Position numbers and translations under genes: made by a program
IMG/VR virus record: IMGVR_UViG_2770939519_000001
Location: 1-64,000 of that record
Origin: a virus
Taxonomy: Duplodnaviria > Caudoviricetes
Length of the DNA stretch: 64,000 nucleotides
Strand: one strand, 5' to 3'
In this document: piece by piece, positions 9,454 through 19,240 of the stretch
How the letters are laid out: each line of letters begins with the position of its first letter
How positions within the stretch are numbered: the first letter of the stretch is position 1
Notes under the pieces: model-generated
Database searches by the model: none
What the model was told of the DNA's origin: nothing
The model's input: the letters and a program-made list of their open reading frames with translations, nothing else

Positions 9454-9900
9454 ATGGCAGCCCGCCACCTCATCGACGCCCACGTCCTCCTAACCCGCAA
9501 CAACCACCTACTCCTCTCCCAAAGAGGCGGCCAAGACGAATTCACCACCCGCTGGCACCTCCCCTCCGGAAAACTCGACCCCGCAGAACCCCTAACCCAA
9601 GCCGCAGCCCGAGAGGCCTACGAAGAGGTCGGCCTGACCATCAACCCCTCCGACCTCCAAGCCATCCACATAACCCACATAACCGGTTCCGGCCACGAAC
9701 CCCGACTGGGCATCTTCTTCCACGCCACCCATTGGCAAGGCAACCCCACCAACAAAGAACCAGACAAATGCCCTGCCCTCCAATGGGTCTCGTTCGACGA
9801 ACTGCACACGATGGACATCATCGAATACGCAGCCACAGGTATCCGAGCATTTCTATCCGGGGCCACCGCATCGTTCAGCGAATACGGCTGGCCCACCTAG
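9454..9900 (+). CDS. NUDIX hydrolase
   Basis: Nudix box GKLDPAEPLTQAAAREAYEEVGL; NKEPDKC..LQW C-terminal motif. Confidence 0.9.
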   Translation: MAARHLIDAHVLLTRNNHLLLSQRGGQDEFTTRWHLPSGKLDPAEPLTQAAAREAYEEVGLTINPSDLQAIHITHITGSGHEPRLGIFFHATHWQGNPTNKEPDKCPALQWVSFDELHTMDIIEYAATGIRAFLSGATASFSEYGWPT

Positions 9901-10127
9901 GTTTCTCGACGACATTCAACTCGCGTTCGGGTTATACCGCTTGACGACACTCAGATCGTCGTCACGGCGGATGATCACCGAGCCGTCCAACCGTCGCACC
10001 CCGTGCTCGCCAGGGCCTGGGACCGGCTCGTCCCAGTAGGTCGACAGTCGCCGGACAAGATCGTCCACCCTGCGTCTCGTTGTAATTTTTGGATATTGTT
10101 GTGCTGCAGTAGATTTGTCTGTTCACC

Positions 10128-11000
10128 TCACGGCACGTAGCACATTCCACCGACGATTCGGAACGTTGTCGGCGGCAGGTCTCCGCCGAGCCGGTCTTGA
10201 ATGGTCACCACGCCTGGCGGCAGGATCTCGAAGTCGTCAAGCAGCGCGACGATTTCATCGTCAGATCGCAGGCGGAATGCAGCTGTGCTGCAGGCGGTGT
10301 CGCGAATCACACTCTCGACGAAGTCGCGATCACTGTCGGAGGAACCATGTGTGACGGCAAGGACGCTGTTCGGGGCCAGCGCTTTTCGAAACCGGCCGAG
10401 GATCTCACCCGGGCACTCGCCGTCCATGATGTGGTGCAGAACGCCGACACACATCACTGCAACCGGTTGGTCGAAGTCGACAACCTTCTCGTCGCGCAAC
10501 TGGTCGATCAGCAGCGGATCCCGCAGGTCGCCCAACACCGACCGCACTGCCGGATCCTCAGGAATCATCGCGTTCGCGTGGGCGAACACCATCGGGTCGT
10601 AGTCGACCGACAACACACGAGCGCCCAACGGGTCACACTTCTGCGCAACTTCGTGAACCGCCGGTGATATCGGAATACCCGCACCCAAGTCGATGAACTG
10701 CCATATGCCCTCATCCAGCGCATCCTCGACACAACGGATCAGGAATTGACGGCTGAACCACGCCAACATGCGGGTATCAGGAGCGATCGCCAACATCCGT
10801 TGTGCCACAAGCTGATCCGCCGCATAGTTGTCTTTTCCGCCGAGTAGGTAGTCGTAGATCCGGGCCGCGTTAGGAACGTGTGGATCAAACCCGCGGTCAA
10901 AAACCGTTGCTGTCGCAGGATCAGGCTGTGTGTGAATCCGCTTGGCGGTGAGGCAGTCTCGGTCGAGACAACTGGAGCCTTCACGCCACTCAAGCCCCAT
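10128..11000 (-). CDS. Actinomycete-type SAM-dependent methyltransferase (Methyltransf_19-like)
   Basis: PNAARIYDYLLGGKDNYAAD, QFIDLGAGIP, VDYDP, GDLRDP, GVLHH motifs; start uncertain. Confidence 0.85.
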   Translation of the reverse strand: MGLEWREGSSCLDRDCLTAKRIHTQPDPATATVFDRGFDPHVPNAARIYDYLLGGKDNYAADQLVAQRMLAIAPDTRMLAWFSRQFLIRCVEDALDEGIWQFIDLGAGIPISPAVHEVAQKCDPLGARVLSVDYDPMVFAHANAMIPEDPAVRSVLGDLRDPLLIDQLRDEKVVDFDQPVAVMCVGVLHHIMDGECPGEILGRFRKALAPNSVLAVTHGSSDSDRDFVESVIRDTACSTAAFRLRSDDEIVALLDDFEILPPGVVTIQDRLGGDLPPTTFRIVGGMCYVP

Positions 11001-11285
11001 GGCTTCGGGATCGCTGCAGCGTCGGTTCACCGTCGCATTCAAGGGCAGCTCGGGGCACCTGCGTGACAGTGCGACAATCACCGAGGTTGTGGGCTGTTCT
11101 CGACTGTTATGCCGCCCTGCCGGTCCAGGCTTGCCCATCCGAATGGGTAATCTGAGTGCGTTGGCGTTGTCTCCGGACAAGAGAGGCCACTCACTGTGGA
11201 AGTCTCCGCGACCCCACCCAATACGAATCCCGCACGACCGCAGAGTCCGGTCAGTCCACAAGCGCGCGGTAGGGCAATCGCAGCC

Positions 11286-12361
11286 GTGGGCGGCAAGCTC
11301 TGGACCCAGCTCGGCTCAGTGGCTTTGGCAGCGACGGAGCTAATGGCGCGGTACCCGGATGTGCCGAGGCTGCCGGCGCACCGCTACGCCGCAGGCCTAT
11401 CTCGAGACGGTGCCGCTGAGCGCTATAACGAGGTCACTGGTCATCAGACGAGCCTCGGCGGGACCACGATCAACGCATGGGAATCCTGGGCGCGAGGTCG
11501 AGGCCAAGGCTCACCACCGTCGTTGTCCAGCCTGCTGATCCTGTGCGCCGCCTATGGCCGCGGCCCCTGGGCGTCGCTGATGAACCAATCTCGCCCGCCG
11601 CGCTGATCGCCGAAGCCTACGAACGGCTTCCGATCGAAGACCAGCTGTCCCTCAAAAAATTCGACACTGACACTGGCCCGGGACGAAGGATTTCATCCAC
11701 ACAGCCGCAGTTGCTCCCACGGAGCGAGCATCATGCGGCCGACCCGACAGGTCAGGAGGGCTGCGAGTTCACCCTCACCGTGCCGACTGTCGAGTACGGA
11801 AACCCGGAAATCTGCGTGTACACCCTGCCGAACCCGAACCCGAACCCGGGGCGATTGCTCGACCTGACGTGGAAGACTTTCGGGCTCGGCGTCGAACGGC
11901 TGTCGACGCAGATCAAGAACGTCGGCAAACGCCTAGATGTAGACATCTGTTTCGGCGTCAACGAAGCCGGGCTGGTGATGGCTACATTCCTTGCATCGGC
12001 CCGCTTCGGCCGATGTCCCATCGGATACCTGCGTTGCAACAAGATCCGAGATGGCATCGATCTCGACGAAGCCTCCTTCTTCCCCACCGCCAGAGCCGAA
12101 CCCACCATCGTCATCTGCGATTTCGAAGTGAAACACGCCGATGTCATCGGTTACCTCGCCTGTCAGATCCGGGCGCGGTATCCCGGCGCGGAACTCTACT
12201 TCGCCGTTTTCGGGGCTATGACCAAGGACCGTGACCTCGCCGTCGACAGCTTCGACGATCTGACCGGCGCCGAGATTATGCGCGCCGCCAAGTTCGAGGC
12301 CGTATTCGTCGCCGCCACTATGAATCCGCCTGGAATCGAACCGCCGCTCGAGTTGCGCTAA
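11286..12361 (+). pseudogene. XRE-HTH + phosphoribosyltransferase-fold fusion, frameshifted
   Basis: HTH frame (RYAAGLSRDGAAER...TINAWE...LLILCAAYGRGP) joins the PRTase frame (LGVADEPISP...FGVNEAGLVMATFLA...IVICDFEV) if one C is added to the CCCC run near 11564-11567. Confidence 0.7.
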
Positions 12362-12380
12362 CCCGAAAGGGGCCCACCAA

Positions 12381-12481
12381 GTGAACAACCCCAGCGCGAT
12401 CCCCGAACGCGCTCAGCACATCACCACCATGGTCCGCCAAGCCATGGACGAGATACGGCCTCGACTCGTCGAGGCCGCACT
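12381..12481 (+). pseudogene. 5' fragment of inositol-monophosphatase-family gene
   Basis: GAAAGGGG RBS and GTG start; 33 codons (…MVRQAMDEIRPRLVEAA) rejoin in frame with 16129 onward once the IS and one TSD copy are removed. Confidence 0.85.
12475..12481 (+). repeat. Left target-site duplication CCGCACT
   Basis: Identical 7-mer at 16122-16128. Confidence 0.9.
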
Positions 12482-12655
12482 TGGCTATGCCGGTGAAGTC
12501 TGACGTCGTTTGTTGGTGAATGGTGGCGTCGTTCTGGGGTGTGGGGGTGGTGTCGTATCGGTGGAAATTGACGGCAGAGAATCGTTGTGTCACTGCGGGA
12601 TCGGCGTGTCGGACCCTTGCAGCGTCAGGGGTGGTGCCCGTAATCGGAGCATCGA

Positions 12656-13447
12656 ATGATCTCGAACGGTGAGGATGGCGGCATGATGACTTACTCGCGA
12701 GTCGCCGTTGTGGCGGATGTGCATGGTGTGCTCCCGGCGTTGGAAGCGGTGCTGGCGGAGCCGGATGTGGTGGGAGCGCAGCGGATTGTGGTGGCGGGTG
12801 ACGTCGCTGCCGGACCGCAGCCGAGGGAAGTACTCGACCGGCTGGCGGTGCTGGGCGAGCGGGTAATCTTGTTGCGAGGCAATGCTGATCGGGAGTTGGT
12901 GGAGTATCGGCGCGGTGGCAGGAGCACGATTCCGGATCCGATCGGGGTCTGGGCTGCCGAGCGACTGCGCGAGGACCAGGTGGAGCGGCTGGCGGGGCTT
13001 CCGGAATCGGTGACGCTGGGTATCGAGGGCCTCGGTGAGGTTCTGTTCTGTCATGCAACCCCGCGCGATGACGAGGAGGTGGTGTTGGTCGACTCCCGTC
13101 TGCATCGCTGGGCGGAGGTATTGGCCGGGCTGCCGGACAGTGTCGAGACGGTGGTCTGTGGACATACCCACATGCCTTTCGCCCGCCTCGCGCACGGACG
13201 GTTCGTGGTGAATCCGGGCAGCGTGGGGATGCCGTATGGCCGGCCGGGCGCGCATTGGGCGCTGCTGGGGCCCGGTGTCCAGCTGCGCCGCACCGTGTTC
13301 GATCCGGCTGCGGCCAGCGCTGAAGTGGTGACGTCGTCGGGATATCCGGAGGCCGCGCAGTGGTGCGACTACTTCCTTCACGCGCGTGCGTCGGACGCTG
13401 AAGCACTGGACTCGTTCGGGCCGCGGGACGGTCGCGGAGAGCCGTAA
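12656..13447 (+). CDS. Calcineurin-like metallophosphoesterase (YfcE/MJ0936-like), IS passenger
   Basis: ADVHG, AGD, RGNAD, CHATP, CGHTH, VNPGSVG motifs; start may be the ATG near 12683. Confidence 0.9.
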   Translation: MISNGEDGGMMTYSRVAVVADVHGVLPALEAVLAEPDVVGAQRIVVAGDVAAGPQPREVLDRLAVLGERVILLRGNADRELVEYRRGGRSTIPDPIGVWAAERLREDQVERLAGLPESVTLGIEGLGEVLFCHATPRDDEEVVLVDSRLHRWAEVLAGLPDSVETVVCGHTHMPFARLAHGRFVVNPGSVGMPYGRPGAHWALLGPGVQLRRTVFDPAAASAEVVTSSGYPEAAQWCDYFLHARASDAEALDSFGPRDGRGEP

Positions 13448-13554
13448 CTGGTCGGACGCGTGGTTGATCTATCGGCGAATGCCGACGGCACTCGAGAGCC
13501 GATGACCACGGTTGTATCGGTGAATTTCGGCGTCACCCAAGGCTATGAACGGTG

Positions 13555-14346
13555 TCATCCCTTGATCGCTCGGGTGCGGGCGAGCCGGTAGGAATCGGTG
13601 CCGGTTTCGATGATGTGCCCGCCGAAGGTGAGCCGGTCGACGATCGCGGCGCAGAGCCGCGGGTCGGTGAAGGTTTTCGTCCATCCGGAGAACGACTCGT
13701 TGGACGCGATCGCCACCGAGTTCTTCTCCTCCCGCTCGGTCAACACCTGGAACAGCAGCTCGGCGCCCCGACGGTCCAGCTCCATGTAGCCCAGTTCGTC
13801 GATGCAGAGGAGATCGACGCGGCCGTAGCGGGCGATGGTTTTGGTGAGCACCTTGTCGTCGGCGGCTTCGACCAGCTCGTTCACCAGCTTGGCGGCGAGG
13901 GTGTATTTCACCCGGAATCCGGCCATCGCCGCCTCGGTGCCCATTGCGATGAGCAGGTGGCTCTTGCCGGTGCCGGAGTCGCCGATCAGACACAGCGGCA
14001 TACCTTTGCGGATCCACTCGCATTTGGCGAGGGTGTGGACAGTGGCCGGGTCGACGTTGGGGTTGGCGTCGAAATCGAAGGCGCGCAACGACTTGTCACG
14101 TGGAAATCCTGCGGCGCGGATGCGGCGTTCGGAGCGTCGGCGGGCGCGGTCGTCGCATTCGGCCAACAACAGCTCGGCCAGAAACGCCCGGTAGGTCATC
14201 TGCTCTTTGGTCGCGGTGTCGGCGATCTCGCCGAATTGGGTGCGGATCGTCGGCAACCGCAGCATGCGGCAGGCTTGATCAACCGCGGCGTCGGCGGCCT
14301 GTTCGGTCATGCCGTGGCGGCGGGGCGTGCTGGTCGTGGAAGTCAT
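13555..14346 (-). CDS. istB: IS21 helper AAA+ ATPase IstB
   Basis: GDSGTGKSHL Walker A, LLCIDELGY Walker B, AAIVDRL. Confidence 0.95.
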   Translation of the reverse strand: MTSTTSTPRRHGMTEQAADAAVDQACRMLRLPTIRTQFGEIADTATKEQMTYRAFLAELLLAECDDRARRRSERRIRAAGFPRDKSLRAFDFDANPNVDPATVHTLAKCEWIRKGMPLCLIGDSGTGKSHLLIAMGTEAAMAGFRVKYTLAAKLVNELVEAADDKVLTKTIARYGRVDLLCIDELGYMELDRRGAELLFQVLTEREEKNSVAIASNESFSGWTKTFTDPRLCAAIVDRLTFGGHIIETGTDSYRLARTRAIKG

Positions 14347-16019
14347 GAACTGGTGTTTCCTTCCGTGACGGGCGTGTGGCGAAGAAGTTGGTCGTAGACG
14401 GCCACCGATGGAAGCGGACGCCGATCGGGTGGCAACTGGGCCAGGCGACGTTCGGTCAGTGACGGCATCGGATCCGGTTCGTCCAACTCGACTACCGTCT
14501 CGGCTGCCGGGGTGACATCAGCGATTTTTCGGGCTTCCAGGGCGACCGCGTCCGAGGTCAGCGCGCCGGCCTTCAATGCCGCGGCAAGTCCGGCGACGAC
14601 GTGGTCGTGTGGCATGTGCCGATGTAGCAGGAGCACCTCGATCAACGCTCGGGTGCCCTCGCGGGTGCCGTGTGCGGCGCGGGCCGCGCCCCACCACGCG
14701 TCGTGTACGGGTGTGAATTTGCCCGCCGCGCGGGCTTGTTCGAGTGCTGTCGCGCCGGGCAGTGCGCCGGGTTTGCGCAGCAGCCCTTCCAGGTAGTGGT
14801 CGAGCTCCAGTCGTGACAGCCCACGGCCGAGCAGACGTTCGTGGCGGGCGACCTCGGTGCGGCCGTCGTAGACGATCAAGTTGTTGGCGTGCAGTAACAC
14901 CCGCAGCGGGCGGCCGATAAGTCGGACCGGAACCGAGTAGCGGTTGGTGCGCACGGTGATCTGCGCGTAACGGTCGACTCGCGGGGTGAACCAGCGGCCG
15001 GTCTCGAATTCCTCGACAGGTAGCGGTTTGAGCAGTGGCTTCTCGACCGCGAAGTGCTCACCGATGGTCCGAGGCCGGGCGCCGATTCGACGGGCATCGT
15101 CGGCGACGTCCCAGATGTCGATCATCGAGTTGAGCTCCTCGATCGATTCGATCTCCGGCACGGGGACAAGATGATTGCGCCGGAACCACCCGATCTGTCC
15201 CTCCACTCCGCCTTTCTCGTGTGCCCCGTCGATACCGGGCTGGCAGTAGAACGGCTCAAGGTTGTAGTGCGAGCGGAACGCGGTCCAGCGATCGGTTTCC
15301 TCACGCATCCGAGCGAAGCCCAGCACACGGGCGACCGCGGCGCGCAGATTGTCGTAGCGGACCTTGCCGAAGGGCACCCCACCGAGCACGGTGAACGCGT
15401 GCACGTGGCCTTCGAAGAACGCCTCCTGCCCACCGGAGAGGAAGCAGCGGTGAACGGCCTTGCCGGAGAACGACATCCGGAACGCGAACAGGTATACCTG
15501 CACTAGTTCGCCGCGCAGCCGCACCGTCACGTCACCGAAGTCGACCTCGGCCTCCTCACCAGGGCGATGGCTCTGCGGGATGAACACCTGCGCCGGACCA
15601 CGACCGGCCTCGATCCGGATCTTCGGCTTGCGAACGGCGACGTAGTCTCGCAGTGTTTGATATGCGACGTCGGTCATGCCGTGTTCGTCGATCAGCCGCT
15701 GGTAGATGCGTTTGATCGTGTGCCGTTGTTTGCGCGGCGCGTCTAAATCTGCTCGCAGGATCTCATCGACTACTGGTTTGAACGGATCCAGCTTCGATCC
15801 CCGCCGCGGATACGGTTTGTGCTCGGCGGGCCATACCCCGTCTACCGCGGCCCGCACCGTCCGCCACCCCACCCCGTACTTGGCCTCGAGCTGGCGTCCC
15901 GACATTCCCGCACGCGCGTCTCGCCGGATGGCGGCATACAGCTCGACCTTCGACGCACGAGGTAACGACGACTCTCTTCCAGCGCGGCACCGCGAAGCAC
16001 GAGAAGCCTTGCACTGCAA
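14343..16019 (-). CDS. istA: IS21 DDE transposase IstA
   Basis: EAEVDFG, VRYDN, HEKGGVEG, RTNRYSVP motifs; overlaps istB; true start may be somewhat downstream. Confidence 0.95.
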   Translation of the reverse strand: MQCKASRASRCRAGRESSLPRASKVELYAAIRRDARAGMSGRQLEAKYGVGWRTVRAAVDGVWPAEHKPYPRRGSKLDPFKPVVDEILRADLDAPRKQRHTIKRIYQRLIDEHGMTDVAYQTLRDYVAVRKPKIRIEAGRGPAQVFIPQSHRPGEEAEVDFGDVTVRLRGELVQVYLFAFRMSFSGKAVHRCFLSGGQEAFFEGHVHAFTVLGGVPFGKVRYDNLRAAVARVLGFARMREETDRWTAFRSHYNLEPFYCQPGIDGAHEKGGVEGQIGWFRRNHLVPVPEIESIEELNSMIDIWDVADDARRIGARPRTIGEHFAVEKPLLKPLPVEEFETGRWFTPRVDRYAQITVRTNRYSVPVRLIGRPLRVLLHANNLIVYDGRTEVARHERLLGRGLSRLELDHYLEGLLRKPGALPGATALEQARAAGKFTPVHDAWWGAARAAHGTREGTRALIEVLLLHRHMPHDHVVAGLAAALKAGALTSDAVALEARKIADVTPAAETVVELDEPDPMPSLTERRLAQLPPDRRPLPSVAVYDQLLRHTPVTEGNTSS

Positions 16020-16121
16020 GCAAGATCACGCCATCACTTTTCACCGATACAACCACCACCCCCTACCAGGGTGCCGTCGCGATCCACCGATCGGCGCCGT
16101 CGTAGATCACCGATGTAGCCA

Positions 16122-16128
16122 CCGCACT
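16122..16128 (+). repeat. Right target-site duplication CCGCACT
   Basis: Identical to 12475-12481. Confidence 0.9.
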
Positions 16129-16957
16129 CACTGGTGACCGCGGCGAGAACGAAAACCGCCGCCACAGCGACAACTTCCTGTCCGGCTACGACCTCTGGAT
16201 GCACCAGCGCTACAAAGAGCTCCTCAGCCGCCACATCCCGTCGTTCGTTTACGCCTCCGAGGAAGCCGATCCGGAGGTGATCGGCAACGACCCCGACCCA
16301 GACCTGTGTGTCATCGTGGACCCACTCGACACCAGCGAACTCGCCGTTCGCGGCCTCTACGGCTACACCCACGTGCTGGTCTACTCACGCCGACAAGCCC
16401 GACCCACCATCGCCGTGGTCGGCGACATTTTCCATCACCTACAGGTCTACGTCGCAGCCCAGGACCGAGACGGCAACGATCGCGCATTCCTACTCACGCG
16501 GGATGGCCACGAACACACCCTCGATCGCCCTTCCCAAGTTCAACTACCCGCAGCGCTCGTGACGAACTACCTCATGCGACCCGAACAACGATTCCAACCC
16601 CTTGCCGCTCAGCAGGACTTCCTCGCCGCCCTCAGCGCTGAATCGCCAGACGGCAAGGCCCGCGGCCGCATCGGCGTTGATTTCGGGTCCATCGGCCTCT
16701 GCCACGTCGCGGCTGGCCTGTCCGATGCGATGATCGAATTCGCCAAAGGCTTTGCGATCTGGGATCTCTCCCCGGGCCACTACATTCTGCATGCGGCAGG
16801 GGGCGTCGTAACCGATCTGCAAGGGGCGTCCATCGCGCTCGACTACAACCTCGACTCGTTGACCGATATCAAACAAGCCATGGATCAGCGGCGTCGGTTC
16901 ATCGCAGCTGGAAACGTAAATCTCGCTGGGCAGATTCGAAAATCGTTGCGGCAGTGA
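16129..16957 (+). pseudogene. 3' part of inositol-monophosphatase (FIG superfamily) gene
   Basis: SEE...IVDPLDTS, HVAAG, IWDLSPGHYILHAAGGVVTDLQG motifs. Confidence 0.85.
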
Positions 16958-17136
16958 AGAAGACGCGACTACGAACGCCCCTGCGCCCTTCGGATTCAGG
17001 GCAGCCACCGAACCTGCTTTGTCCGCGACCCCGCCGCTGCGTCTTCGGTTCCTCCCACCCGCTTAGCTGTCTATACATCCCATAGGCTATGAACTGTGAG
17101 GTATTTTCGGAGCAGCCAACCGAAAGGACCACCACC

Positions 17137-17580
17137 GTGGCCACAGGAGACACCCTCCTAACCCTCACCGGCAACCTAACCGCCGACCCTGAACTACGCT
17201 TCACAGCCCAAGGTCAAGCCGTAGCCAATTTCACCGTCGCTTCCACCCCCCGCTCGTTCAACAAGACCACCAGCCAGTGGGAAGACGGCGAAGCCCTGTT
17301 CCTGCGCTGCACCGTCTGGCGCGACCAAGCCGAGAACATCGCCGAATCCCTGACCCGCGGAACCCGAGTCATCGTCACCGGCCGCCTCAAATCCCGCACC
17401 TTCGACACCAAGGACGGCGACAAACGCACCGTCCTCGAACTCGAAGTCGACGAGATCGGCCCCTCACTCCGCAACGCCCAAGCCAAAGTCACCAAGTCCG
17501 CGACGAAAAACTCTGGCGCACAACCTCAGTGGGCAGCAGCCGCACCGGCCCGACAGCCAACCGACGCCCCGCCATTCTAG
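17137..17580 (+). CDS. ssb: Single-stranded DNA-binding protein
   Basis: [26 protein letters not shown]-terminal DAPPF; GAAAGGA RBS. Confidence 0.95.
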   Translation: MATGDTLLTLTGNLTADPELRFTAQGQAVANFTVASTPRSFNKTTSQWEDGEALFLRCTVWRDQAENIAESLTRGTRVIVTGRLKSRTFDTKDGDKRTVLELEVDEIGPSLRNAQAKVTKSATKNSGAQPQWAAAAPARQPTDAPPF

Positions 17581-17592
17581 AAGGCGCACGCC

Positions 17593-17736
17593 ATGCATCT
17601 CCTCGACACCGAAATCCTGCACGAGGACATCACCCAAATCCTCGACCGCGCAATACCGAGCGACGAACCCACCCAATCCGCCATGCACCGCCTACGCACC
17701 CTCCTCGACAGCGGCATCCGCCTACGCCCGGAATAG
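17593..17736 (+). CDS. 47-aa hypothetical protein
   Basis: MHLLDTEILHEDITQILDRA...; fills the ssb-whiB gap. Confidence 0.5.
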   Translation: MHLLDTEILHEDITQILDRAIPSDEPTQSAMHRLRTLLDSGIRLRPE

Positions 17737-17755
17737 AGAGCGCCCACAACTTCAT

Positions 17756-18040
17756 ATGGCCCCCCACGACCGAGACTGGATGGTCCGCGCGAAATGCCGC
17801 GGCACCGACGACTACGCCGCCTACGACGCCGACAACCGCGGCGGCGGCCAAGCCGAACAACTCGAACGTGCCTGCGGCGGCTGCACCGTCAAACCCGAAT
17901 GCGCCGCCTACGCACTCAAACACGAATCCACCATCGGCGGCATGATCTGGGCCGGCGTCCCCATCCCCGAATCACCCACCACCATCTACTACCACCGGGC
18001 ACTGGACCGACTCCGCGTCATCGCCAGAAACGCCCGATGA
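17756..18040 (+). CDS. WhiB-family transcription factor
   Basis: AKC...ACGGCTVKPECAAYAL...GMIWAG four-Cys pattern. Confidence 0.85.
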   Translation: MAPHDRDWMVRAKCRGTDDYAAYDADNRGGGQAEQLERACGGCTVKPECAAYALKHESTIGGMIWAGVPIPESPTTIYYHRALDRLRVIARNAR

Positions 18041-18450
18041 CCACCCCGCCCGAACTGCTTACCGCCGCAGCAACATTCACCAAACCGCTCTACACCATCA
18101 CCATCCCCGGCGAACCGGTCCCCAAAAAACGCCCCCGCTTCGACGGCCGCCGCGCCTTCACCACCCGCGACGACCACAACGCCGAAGCACACACCGGATG
18201 GCATCTGGCCCAAGCGATCCCACAACCACTGACAGGAAACCTCGCCGTCGCCTGCGTGTTCTACCGCAGCACCCGCCGCCCCGTCGACGCCGACAACCTC
18301 ATCAAACACGTCATGGACGCAGGCAACGGCATCGCCTGGCGCGACGACTCCCAATGCACCGCCGAATTCGGCGTCATCGAACTCGACCGCACCAACCCCC
18401 GCACCACCATCCTCATCGCCCGCCACAACTCCACCCTGAAACGCAGATGA
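18037..18450 (+). CDS. rusA: RusA-family Holliday junction resolvase
   Basis: IPGEPVPKKRPR, DADNLIKHVMDAGNGIAWRDDSQ. Confidence 0.9.
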   Translation: MTTPPELLTAAATFTKPLYTITIPGEPVPKKRPRFDGRRAFTTRDDHNAEAHTGWHLAQAIPQPLTGNLAVACVFYRSTRRPVDADNLIKHVMDAGNGIAWRDDSQCTAEFGVIELDRTNPRTTILIARHNSTLKRR

Positions 18451-18722
18451 CCCTCACCCTCACCCGCACCGTCTACCGCCTGTTCGGCGTCCCCATCGCC
18501 TCCATCACCCGCCACCGCGCCACCCTCCCCGACCACCTCCCCACGCCCACCACCCCCCTGCAAGCCACCGGCGCCATCCCGATCCTCAGCGACCACGGCT
18601 ACGCCTACTCCTGCCGCCGCTGCGGCGAACTCCTCCTCGAGGGCCTCACCGAACCCATCGCCGGAGCCGACGCCATCGAACTAGTCCTCCACCACAACTG
18701 CCAGGAGAACCCCAGTGGCTGA
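18447..18722 (+). CDS. Hypothetical protein with CxxC motif
   Basis: ATGA overlap; YSCRRCG...HHNC. Confidence 0.55.
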   Translation: MTLTLTRTVYRLFGVPIASITRHRATLPDHLPTPTTPLQATGAIPILSDHGYAYSCRRCGELLLEGLTEPIAGADAIELVLHHNCQENPSG

Positions 18723-18960
18723 ACAACTCTCACCCCGAGACGACCTCGACCGCGCCATCCGCCGCTGGCTCGCCAACGAAACCAGCGGCGGCCTGGCCAC
18801 CGACTACATCCTCTTCTCCGCCTACCTCGACCCCGCCCGCCACGGCACCGGCTACCACCTCGCGCTCTCCGAGGGCATCAGCTACCACGCCGCCAGCGGG
18901 TTGGCGGGCCACCTCCCCGCGGTCGTCGAGGACACCTTCACCGGCGACGAGGACGACTGA
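18715..18960 (+). CDS. Small phage hypothetical protein
   Basis: 81 aa; overlaps the previous stop; C-rich phage codon bias. Confidence 0.6.
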   Translation: MAEQLSPRDDLDRAIRRWLANETSGGLATDYILFSAYLDPARHGTGYHLALSEGISYHAASGLAGHLPAVVEDTFTGDEDD

Positions 18961-19240
18961 GCCGAGCTGCGAAAGCCGCCGTATCAAGCCGAAAACGCTT
19001 CGGGCATTTTGGCCGATCGGCAGGAGTCGCACCTCGCGCAAATGTCCCACACGCTACTGACGAACCCGCGGCTGCGAGCCCGGCAGGCGCGCGCGTATCC
19101 ATCCCTGGATAGCTGGTGAGCATGAAAAGCCCAGCCTGTCGCCTCGTAAGTTTCCGACCGCAGTGAAGCAGGGCTCGTAGAGTTCGTAAGTATGGCAGTC
19201 TGGCGGTCTATGTCGCCTCCGAGTGCAATAATTCGAATGC

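Larger units (their letters stand above)
12482..16121 (-). mobile_element. IS21-family element (3640 bp) carrying a passenger gene
   Basis: TGGCTA...TAGCCA ends; long imperfect inverted repeats with three ATCGGTG(N)GACGGC-like units each; 7-bp TSD; istA-istB. Confidence 0.92.

Noticed and set aside
9283-9483. 66-aa minus-strand ORF upstream of the secreted protein
   Set aside because: Short, no clear RBS, overlaps the probable divergent promoter region.
3300-9900. Strong C-rich strand skew as a sign of foreign DNA or a hidden code
   Set aside because: Explained by third-position C preference in co-oriented phage genes; also seen at 17100-18960.
11828-11848. (CCGAAC)3 repeat encoding PNPNPNP as a contingency locus
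   Set aside because: Only three units and in-frame; more simply a linker.
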